The notes under the pieces were generated by a model. It searched no databases, had not been told where the DNA came from, and worked only from the letters and a program-made list of their open reading frames with translations. DNA of 22,455 nt. Origin: Candidatus Heimdallarchaeota archaeon. Its GTDB lineage: Archaea; Asgardarchaeota; Heimdallarchaeia; Hodarchaeales; Hodarchaeaceae. Numbering within the stretch: the stretch's first letter is position 1; every line of letters starts with the position of its first letter. The stretch is from assembly GCA_048881705.1 (NCBI GenBank), contig JBHLSH010000067.1, positions 1 to 22,455 of the forward strand, in the 5' to 3' direction. The position numbers were made by a program, and so were the translations under genes. Below, one piece after another: positions 1 to 7,636 of the stretch.

Positions 1-2
1 TA

Positions 3-1937
3 TTACACAAGACGGAGTGTTTCCAGGTTATATGGTACATCCACTCTTACTTTATAGCGCTTAGTGAGCGCTTGGGCCAGAGATTGCGATTTGTTTCTCT
101 GTCCATGGAAAAGTATGACTCGTTCCGGCTTAGGGGTTAGTTCTCGGACGTAATTCATGATTTCACCTCGATCAGAGTGTCCACTGAAACCATCGATTTG
201 ATGGACGTCCATATTGACTCGCAGCATCTTCATTCTGCCATCTTCGATGCTTCGAATTTCTTTGACTCCTGAAAGGATTCTTCGCCCTAAAGAGCCTTCC
301 GATTGGGATGATACAAAAATAATTGCATTACGGGGATTATCTGCCATATTCTTGAAGTAATCGACCGAATTTCCGCCCGTCAACATTCCAGAAGTGGCAA
401 GAATCACCGCGGGTTCCCCATTCACGAGGGCCTGACGCTCATTGGTTCGATCTATCCTGTGGAAAATATCACTTAGAAAGGGATTGTTCCCCTCATTGAA
501 GATTTGATCTTGGAGGCGAGATGAGAGATATTCAGGATGGCAAGAATGGATCGCGGTGGCTTCAGCAATTAAGCTATCAAGATAAACTGGAACGTCTACC
601 ATTTGACGAGTTCGATGAGCTTTTGCCAACACTGTCATAAACTCCTGTACTCGCCCAACAGCAAGGCAAGGGATTAAAACCTTTCCTCCACGCCTTACGG
701 TTTGGTTAATGATTTTTAACAGCAGAAGTTCAGCATCATCACGCCTTGCCATCATATCCCGAGGCCCGCCATAGGTCGATTCCAGAATTATTGTTTCAAG
801 ACGGGGGAACCTTCGGTTGGCACGATCAAGAAGGCGAGACCATTTAGCCTTGAAATCATTCGCAACAGCCAAATTATAACGTCCGTCACCTATATGTAAG
901 TGCATAATCGACGAGCCGAGAATATGACCTGCGGGGGTCATTGTAAGGCGAATATCATTACTGAGATCGGTAACTTCGCCATATCTCCTTGTTATTGTAT
1001 GGATAATCATTTTTTTGATGTCTCGTTGACTATACGGAACCAGTCTATTTTCACGAGACGCTACTTCGATATAATCCTTCTGAAGAAGAGTCATTAGTGA
1101 TAAGGTAGCATCGTTGGTATAAACAGGTCCACGATACCCCCATTTGTAAAGAAAAGGTACGAGCCCACTATGATCAAGATGTCCATGAGTAATGAGAACA
1201 GCATCTATGGTATTAATATCGAATTCAGGAACATTAAAGTATGGAAACATTAATGAAGGTTCACGTGACCCCACATTTAGGCCACAATCGATTAACACTC
1301 TTGTTTCTGCCGTTTCTAAAAGAATGCACGAACGTCCAACTTCAGAAAATCCTCCCAGTCCAGTAACCCGGATGAAATCGTCAGCGGCAATTTGAGGTCG
1401 ATGGATTCGTTTTCCAATATTTACCAATGCCTGTTTACGCTTCTCTGACTCGGCAGTAAGGGTTTTACGAATGGATTGAATAAGTTGAGACTGGATAGGA
1501 GGAGAACGAACAACTCTTGGACGCCAACAGATCGAACGTCCAATATCCCGTAATGTGGCACCACTACGCCCAATGACTGCCCCTGGCTTCTTTGCCTCAA
1601 TCATTACCTCTCCAAGTTCATCGTCAAAGATAATATTTGTGATCTCGGCACTCTCAGGCACGATTTCCATTATCCTAGCCTGTGCTTCCTCCTTCTCTCT
1701 CCTTACACTAACATCAGAGCGTATTACTATCCTTTTTCTCAATATTTTTGCTAGATTTTTTACAACATCGCCGTTTTCCATAAGGACCGTGGGATTCAGG
1801 GAGTAAAGCACCACAAATGGGCCTTCGAATACCACCTGACTAATGCTAGCATCAGGGGGAAGTTCTTTGATCAAATTGGCCTTTAATTGTTCGATAGATG
1901 CTTCGTGTGAATATTTCTTGTCGTTTTGTGCCACCAT
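3..1937 (-). CDS. fttA: Archaeal CPSF1 (FttA): KH-domain beta-CASP metallo-beta-lactamase ribonuclease / transcription termination factor
   Basis: 644 aa. N-terminal KH region (FEGPFVVLY, IEAKKPGAVIGRSG), MBL motif THGHLDH, AGHILGSS, ESTYG, C-terminal GFSGHSD and HG. GAGGT SD at 1946-1950. TAA stop at 3-5. Confidence 0.96.
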   Translation of the reverse strand: MVAQNDKKYSHEASIEQLKANLIKELPPDASISQVVFEGPFVVLYSLNPTVLMENGDVVKNLAKILRKRIVIRSDVSVRREKEEAQARIMEIVPESAEITNIIFDDELGEVMIEAKKPGAVIGRSGATLRDIGRSICWRPRVVRSPPIQSQLIQSIRKTLTAESEKRKQALVNIGKRIHRPQIAADDFIRVTGLGGFSEVGRSCILLETAETRVLIDCGLNVGSREPSLMFPYFNVPEFDINTIDAVLITHGHLDHSGLVPFLYKWGYRGPVYTNDATLSLMTLLQKDYIEVASRENRLVPYSQRDIKKMIIHTITRRYGEVTDLSNDIRLTMTPAGHILGSSIMHLHIGDGRYNLAVANDFKAKWSRLLDRANRRFPRLETIILESTYGGPRDMMARRDDAELLLLKIINQTVRRGGKVLIPCLAVGRVQEFMTVLAKAHRTRQMVDVPVYLDSLIAEATAIHSCHPEYLSSRLQDQIFNEGNNPFLSDIFHRIDRTNERQALVNGEPAVILATSGMLTGGNSVDYFKNMADNPRNAIIFVSSQSEGSLGRRILSGVKEIRSIEDGRMKMLRVNMDVHQIDGFSGHSDRGEIMNYVRELTPKPERVILFHGQRNKSQSLAQALTKRYKVRVDVPYNLETLRLV

Positions 1938-1945
1938 AACATGGA

Positions 1946-1950
1946 ACCTC
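1946..1950 (-). promoter_or_regulatory. Shine-Dalgarno site of aCPSF1
   Basis: GAGGT on the minus strand, 8 nt before the ATG at 1937. Confidence 0.6.
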
Positions 1951-2457
1951 GAATCTTACAAGGTATAATATAGTCTCGTCCAAACCTGGATAGTCGTATT
2001 CTTGTCCAAAGAAAATCCATCAGATTTTGGTAAAACAGGCAAGAGGCAAATCTATCTTTACCTCGAAGAGATATTGCTTCATAAATATCCCTAATTAGTT
2101 AGTAGACCATAACACCATTGCCTTGGAATTTCAAACACCATTATGACCTGTCAAACCAACTAGAGTAAATTAAATCGAGGCTCATACGGCCTTTACTAGA
2201 TACTCTCTTTCTGATGACTATTATCCTTAAGAGTCTTATAAGACCCGTTATACTTATGGTGATAGAGTAGGTTGGTAGAATCCTGCATACGAATGATCGT
2301 TAGTAAAAAGTATTTGGCTAGACTAGAGGATGTGCCAAGCTGAACTCAGTAGAAAAGCCTTTTCTCTTAGGAAAAACCACAAAAACAATTTGTTTAAGAA
2401 CTTTTTTCTGAGCCGGAATACCGCCAGCGTACATTAAAGTAAGGACTAGAAAATCAG

Positions 2458-3567
2458 ATGTCGAGGTCGGAAATCCTTCATTCAGTCGTCCCCAGAACGA
2501 TAGTCATCGGTTCGCAGTGTTTTGACAGGATTATCAATGTGATTTCCGCATTCGGCTTCATTCCCAAAGTACTAGTCTTAACGGGTCCAAAGACCCGTGA
2601 AATAGCTGGAATTGAAATTTTTGATATCATGGCGAATCAAGATTTCGAGTATGAGACATTAGTTGTTGAAGATGCCATTGTGACTCCCGAAGTCGCTGAT
2701 ACATATGTAGATATTGTCAATAAATACAAACCGAATGTGTTGGTGGCCGCAGGGGGAGGACGTATCATTGAAACGGGTAAGTATTGTTTATCTAAATCAT
2801 CTGATCAAATGGAAATGATTTCTGTCCCCACAAGTACTCCACATGATGGAATCGCTTCACCTTTTATCTTCCTGGATGATCCGACCGAGACTTTCATCGG
2901 GGAGTGCCGTCCTCCAATTGCGGTCATTGCAGATGTTGACAAAATTGCCAAACACCCTAATTTGGTACGGTATCTAGCAGCGGGAGTTGGAGACACGCTT
3001 GGAAAGATTACAGCAATCTGGGACTGGCGTCACGCCTACAGAATCAAATCAGAGCGCTATTCCCGTTTTGTAGGGGGTGTCCTAGAAAACGCTGATACTC
3101 TCTTCCAGAATCAGGTTTCTGAAGCCTTAATTGACCCTGATCACGCCATTCAAGTGGTATTAAAAGCCTTGTTAATAGCTGGTGTATTAATGGGTACTTC
3201 TAATGACATACGGGTTGGTTATGGGTCTGAACATATGTTTGCAGCATCCTTAGCAGCAGAACTGCATGAAACGTCAGGAAACTCCCTCCTGCATGGAGAA
3301 CGGGTTGCCCTCGGTACGATCCTTATGTCCAAGCTTCAAAACCAGAACTACCAAAACGTTAAGGATTTGTTAGAAACTGCGGGCTGCCCTGTAACCATTG
3401 ATGATTTCGAAGAACATATACCCTCTGAAGTAATTATCAACGCTCTTTTACGAGCTCATAAAATGAGCCCAATTTATACAATTTTAGGACGATCAGGTCT
3501 AACAAAAGTAGCTGCTCTTCGATTAGCTCAATCCACTGGCATTATTGAATCGATTATTCCATTCTAA
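2458..3567 (+). CDS. egsA: sn-glycerol-1-phosphate dehydrogenase (NAD(P)+), somewhat divergent
   Basis: GGGRIIE (GGGxxxD-like NAD motif), ISVPTSTPHDGIASP, GVGD...TAIWDW, GSEH and LHGERVALGT. The Asp/His/His metal ligands of the family appear retained. Confidence 0.85.
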   Translation: MSRSEILHSVVPRTIVIGSQCFDRIINVISAFGFIPKVLVLTGPKTREIAGIEIFDIMANQDFEYETLVVEDAIVTPEVADTYVDIVNKYKPNVLVAAGGGRIIETGKYCLSKSSDQMEMISVPTSTPHDGIASPFIFLDDPTETFIGECRPPIAVIADVDKIAKHPNLVRYLAAGVGDTLGKITAIWDWRHAYRIKSERYSRFVGGVLENADTLFQNQVSEALIDPDHAIQVVLKALLIAGVLMGTSNDIRVGYGSEHMFAASLAAELHETSGNSLLHGERVALGTILMSKLQNQNYQNVKDLLETAGCPVTIDDFEEHIPSEVIINALLRAHKMSPIYTILGRSGLTKVAALRLAQSTGIIESIIPF

Positions 3568-3839
3568 TATGTTTCATAGGTAGGGTAGGCGTTAAAAGTC
3601 AGCTTCTGGATTCATGAAAGATCAACGCATATCAAGCGGTATAATGTGTATATATTGCGGAGAAAGAAATCTATCTGCAGATCTCTAGAGGAGCGTTTTC
3701 ATCTTAGATAGACACGAAGGAAGTCGGCCAATTACTTATATCAAAGCATGAAAAGATTAAAAAGGCCGAGAGAATTGTCTAGTTTGACTTTCATAAATGC
3801 TAATCGCTTTTTCGCATAAACTTGGACTTGGGATTGGCA

Positions 3840-4592
3840 ATGGATTCCAGAAATGAAACTGAATCGCCAGTGGTGGGTATTGTGACCAGTATATTTACAG
3901 ATGCCGGACCCCAAGTCGTATTCAATTCAGCCAATGTTATTACGGACGATCAGGCCCTAAATCTCTCTGTGCGGGTCATGACTCTGCTTGGTGAGCAAAT
4001 AAGCGGTTCAAGTTCTGAGCTATTTGGACCTTTACCAGTTCCCTCGGATGAAAAGTACCTATGTCTTATATTCAGCTTCATTGTCGAAGCTGTTTTTACC
4101 ACGGACCCACGATTAAAAGAAAGACCGACGATCATTTGTATAATCTTCAAACGTTCGATGAGACGTGAAATATCACGGGCTCAAGGTCTTATCCAATCCT
4201 ATATTTCTCAACAAGTTACCGAGGATTTCAAAACCGAATCGGATTTAAAAGATGGCAAAAAGATGAGAGAAATCGATTATCATCTCTCGGCGCTAATCTC
4301 AAGTAATCCAGTGCAAATCTTCATTGTGCAAGGAAATACAGTTCAAGAACATATAGGAAGTCTGCATATCCCCCATGACGCCTTTGTGATTGCGGATCCC
4401 CAAAAGTCATTATTATACATCGTTTTTGAGAAATTTTTATCATCTGTTCGGAAACGAGAAATTGTTATTCTCGCTGATGGGATAAATGAGAAAAAATATC
4501 GGCGAAGGCTGAAAAAGGAAATCGTTGATTCGGAAGAATCAACCACACGCCTCTTGAACTATTACGGGCTCTCACTTCGGAACCAATATTAA
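3840..4592 (+). CDS. Hypothetical protein: N-terminal uDENN/longin-like domain plus C-terminal degenerate gelsolin-like domain
   Basis: ATG at 3840 preferred over TTG at 3822. VVGIVTSIFTDAGPQVVF resembles the NPRL2/folliculin/uDENN first strands (IFFSEFHPTLGPKI type), followed by LFGPLPVP..LIFSF..DPR. The C-terminal DAFVIADPQKSLLYIV..SSVRKR..A..IN segment fits gelsolin-domain spacing but lacks the WxG motif. Confidence 0.55.
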   Translation: MDSRNETESPVVGIVTSIFTDAGPQVVFNSANVITDDQALNLSVRVMTLLGEQISGSSSELFGPLPVPSDEKYLCLIFSFIVEAVFTTDPRLKERPTIICIIFKRSMRREISRAQGLIQSYISQQVTEDFKTESDLKDGKKMREIDYHLSALISSNPVQIFIVQGNTVQEHIGSLHIPHDAFVIADPQKSLLYIVFEKFLSSVRKREIVILADGINEKKYRRRLKKEIVDSEESTTRLLNYYGLSLRNQY

Positions 4593-4639
4593 GAACAATC
4601 ATGGAATTTTTCAAATATTGAACAATAGAGCGGATTAGA

Positions 4640-5026
4640 ATGGTTTTAGAACCTGCTTATACCATCGAATTAGAAAGCTTTCTAGACCTGGTCAGATTAG
4701 TCACAAATTCTGGTCCAGAAAGACCATCGACAATCTTCAAGTGGTCTACTGAAGAAAATCGAGTTAATTATGGGTCGTTTGCGATTTTTCCTGGTTATTA
4801 TGACTATCATGGCTTGCCAGTCCTTTTTTATGTTACTCATGAAACCTCGATAGAGAAAATCGGAGAGAGTATTATCAGGTACGATCTTCAAGTGGCTGAA
4901 AAACAAATATCCTTTCTCTCGCATTTGCAAGAGCGTGACTTGGACAATACTCACACTGGGCTGGTTCGTTTCATTCCCATTGTAACTTTGAAACGACCGC
5001 CAAAGATATTCCCAAGTGGAAACTGA
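4640..5026 (+). CDS. Conserved archaeal hypothetical protein (resembles the TACK family often annotated 'cren protein')
   Basis: 128 aa. IELESFLDLVRL...YG..AIFPGYYDYHGLPVLFYV...FIPIVTL..PP matches my recollection of that family. Sits in operon position. Confidence 0.6.
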   Translation: MVLEPAYTIELESFLDLVRLVTNSGPERPSTIFKWSTEENRVNYGSFAIFPGYYDYHGLPVLFYVTHETSIEKIGESIIRYDLQVAEKQISFLSHLQERDLDNTHTGLVRFIPIVTLKRPPKIFPSGN

Positions 5027-5050
5027 GTCAGTCGTAGTGGAGAGTTCCTA

Positions 5051-5860
5051 ATGGAGAATATTTCACTTCTTGAAGGAGATATTGTCCAAATAGAAACCTT
5101 AACTTCTCGCAAACGACGATCTTGGATCTTCACTTTAAGCAAAGGAGGTAGCTTTTTTACCCATCTGGGTACGATTAACCATGATGACTGTATTGGACGG
5201 TCATTTGGCGATATTCTTAAGTTAACAGGAGGTCAAGTTCTCCTCCTGAAGCCTACCCCACGGGACCTAATACGGAACTTTCATTTGAAAACTCAAATCC
5301 TATACGAGGACGATTGTGCCGTTGCCTGTAGTTTGGCGGGAGTTACTCCCGGGATGCGGGTAGGAGAGGCAGGTAGTGGTTCAGGGGCACTAACCACATT
5401 TCTTGCTTCAACAGTACGACCTCGGGGACATGTCTATTCCTTTGATAATAACAAAGTCCACCTAGATAATGCACGAAGTAATGTGGTGAAAGCTGGGCTA
5501 GAGGAGTTTGTGACATTCACGAACCACGACGTTCTCGAACCACTGGAAGTTCGCGGACTCGATGCGTTTTTTCTTGATTTTTCTACCCCCTATAGGGCAA
5601 TCAAGACTGTTGCTCAATCATTAAGGGGTGGAGGTAGATTAATATGCTTTGTTCCATCCTGGGGACAAGTAGAACAGACTGTTGCCCAAATTCAAGAAAG
5701 TTCATACTTCGTTTTACGTGAAACTCTCGAGATCACCCGAAGAAACTTTGTTGTTGACCCTAAGAAGCATATTATGAGGCCTGTATTTCGAGACCTGGTA
5801 TATTCGGGAATTCTAATTCATGCCATCAGGATCATTCCAAGGAAAGAGATTTCAAGATGA
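5051..5860 (+). CDS. trmI: tRNA (adenine-57/58-N1)-methyltransferase, TrmI/Gcd14 family
   Basis: N-terminal THLGTINHDDCIG, TQILY..D, SAM motif GEAGSGSGALT, DAFFLD and P..GQV. Confidence 0.92.
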   Translation: MENISLLEGDIVQIETLTSRKRRSWIFTLSKGGSFFTHLGTINHDDCIGRSFGDILKLTGGQVLLLKPTPRDLIRNFHLKTQILYEDDCAVACSLAGVTPGMRVGEAGSGSGALTTFLASTVRPRGHVYSFDNNKVHLDNARSNVVKAGLEEFVTFTNHDVLEPLEVRGLDAFFLDFSTPYRAIKTVAQSLRGGGRLICFVPSWGQVEQTVAQIQESSYFVLRETLEITRRNFVVDPKKHIMRPVFRDLVYSGILIHAIRIIPRKEISR

Positions 5861-6765
5861 TTATCTTACCCGAACCGGTCTATGCCAAGTTTTTGCGGTT
5901 TGCATTGGAAAACGCGAATCCCTATGATCGTCCAAGGCAATGGAAAGAATGTATTGGGCTGATTCTAGGACGAATAGAAAACTCTATGATCTTTGTAACT
6001 GATATTATTCCCATGAATGCGGGAAATGCAGTTTACGTTGATATTAATGACTATGAAAAGGTTTTTTCTCTTGTGCCATTCAGTAAAATTGAGGCTGGTG
6101 AGGTAGTCGTTGGTTGGGCACATACACATCCTGGTCTCGGCTTGTTTTTCTCTGGAACCGACATCCGCACCCAATATGCTTACCAACAAATGCATCCGCT
6201 TGCATTTGGATTAGTACTGGATCCCATGAAGGTGACCTCTAACTTCGCCGGTTTTCGTATCTATCGTGTTGATTCTTCGGGATCTCGAGCCATTGAAGTC
6301 GAATACAATTTTGAAGTCGATTTTGATTTTACAACGACCAGAACGCAGTTAATTACAGAGCTATACCAAGTTCCACCGATTCCCACAACCCCAATTGTCC
6401 ACTCGAATACTGAGATCGAATGGAGAGATATGAGAATACGTATTGATGGGCCCGTTCTGGGATACGTTAACAAGGATTTTACGGTTAATATGGAGATTGG
6501 TCTACGGAAAAGCCAGTATTTGCGTTTGGAATATCAAATTAGCATGACCAACTTGATCTCCAGCCTGAAATTACCCAGCGAGCAAACAATGAAGATTATG
6601 TATCACGAAGCGATTAAATCTGGTAACCTTGCAGTTTTTTCAATGTATTCCAAAAACCCTGGCCGTGCATATCTTAAAATAGAAAAATTAAAAGTTATGG
6701 ATGGGAGGCGACACTCCCAAGAAATGCCCAACCTCACACTGGTCCTTGATATCCAAGATGAGTAG
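5857..6765 (+). CDS. Rpn11/CSN5-like MPN+ (JAMM) metalloprotease with a C-terminal beta-rich domain
   Basis: E31 (KECIGLILG) plus VVGWAHTHPGLGLFFSGTD at 6121-6162 form an intact E..HxHx7SxxD JAMM motif, followed by TQ..YQ..HP.AFGLVLDP. ATGA overlap with the trmI stop. Confidence 0.9.
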   Translation: MIILPEPVYAKFLRFALENANPYDRPRQWKECIGLILGRIENSMIFVTDIIPMNAGNAVYVDINDYEKVFSLVPFSKIEAGEVVVGWAHTHPGLGLFFSGTDIRTQYAYQQMHPLAFGLVLDPMKVTSNFAGFRIYRVDSSGSRAIEVEYNFEVDFDFTTTRTQLITELYQVPPIPTTPIVHSNTEIEWRDMRIRIDGPVLGYVNKDFTVNMEIGLRKSQYLRLEYQISMTNLISSLKLPSEQTMKIMYHEAIKSGNLAVFSMYSKNPGRAYLKIEKLKVMDGRRHSQEMPNLTLVLDIQDE

Positions 6766-6806
6766 GAGGGTCTACCAAATGTCCGAAAAGATAGTGGAAG
6801 TAAAAT

Positions 6807-7556
6807 CTATTTGTATCTCCGATCCCCATAGACCCCTAAAGCGATGAAAGCTATGAAAATGAAGCTCACAAAGAAAAAGAGGTAAAACAGAATCTCTGGA
6901 GGTGGAGGAAGCCCTGCAATGAATTCAAAAGTCATGTTTCTGGGGAAGATACTGTCTCGGGGAAGCAATACGGTTCCTTGGTAAGTGTGATACTTGACTC
7001 GAAAAACAAATTTATATGTGCCAAATGCAGGAAGAAGGAAGGAAGGAATGTCTAAAACTTCAGTTTTAGAAGCACCTGGTGTAAGAATCAATTCTTCGGG
7101 TTCCCCATCACGATATACTACGGCCCAAGATCTATTCAAGGTATCTGGCTCACCTGAACGCACTTGATATACATCAACTGCGAACTCATGCATAACCAAA
7201 CTCCTATTATCACCGATAATAGTTGTATAGCTCGCATTCACCCGAATTGTGGATCCATTAATTACCTGGGGGATTATGGTTGCTTCTTCTGGATTTAAAA
7301 CTTCACTCGTGAGCTTCTCCAATAAAACATATCGATTTCCAACCTTAACCGCGAGATTAATAAGCTGGATTTGTATACGGGGATCAACACGTTGAGTTAT
7401 TGCCTCAGGCGATGCCCCAACCTTCGCTGGCTGGAGTGTAGCATTTATACTATATGAAAATACAATAAATGCCAATAACAATATCTTTTGTACCTTTCGT
7501 TGGTTCATCAGCCGTTTCGACCCAGCAAACTGCGATAAAATTGTCTCAGTTACCAT
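6807..7556 (-). CDS. Type I membrane protein, putative translocon-associated protein alpha (TRAP-alpha/SSR1)-like
   Basis: Signal peptide (QRKVQKILLLAFIVFSYS..KVGA), beta-rich ectodomain with several NxS/T sequons, C-terminal TM (EILFYLFFFVSFIFIAFIALGVY) and a short basic tail. Aligns by eye with the TRAP-alpha luminal domain. The start may instead be the ATG at 7508. Confidence 0.6.
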   Translation of the reverse strand: MVTETILSQFAGSKRLMNQRKVQKILLLAFIVFSYSINATLQPAKVGASPEAITQRVDPRIQIQLINLAVKVGNRYVLLEKLTSEVLNPEEATIIPQVINGSTIRVNASYTTIIGDNRSLVMHEFAVDVYQVRSGEPDTLNRSWAVVYRDGEPEELILTPGASKTEVLDIPSFLLPAFGTYKFVFRVKYHTYQGTVLLPRDSIFPRNMTFEFIAGLPPPPEILFYLFFFVSFIFIAFIALGVYGDRRYK

Positions 7557-7636
7557 TGATTTAGTAAGGATCAGTTCAAACCCGTATTGTTGCTTTATTA
7601 TCAGTTTTGCTATAGCAAGGTGTACTGTTATGAAAA

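Noticed and set aside
900-1806. Short plus-strand ORFs (900-1097, 1192-1395, 1555-1806)
   Set aside because: Entirely antisense to aCPSF1, with no motifs; shadow ORFs.
2100-2160. Possible psmB remnant upstream of aCPSF1 (minus-strand FQGNGVMVY)
   Set aside because: Only a few residues, interrupted by stops; no credible similarity.
2212-2343. Possible box C/D sRNA (TGATGA at 2212, CTGA at 2340)
   Set aside because: The boxes are about 130 nt apart, with no convincing C'/D' pair or terminal stem; too long for typical archaeal C/D guides.
7570-7585. GTTCAAA tRNA T-loop-like motif
   Set aside because: The flanks do not form a T-stem and no cloverleaf can be built.
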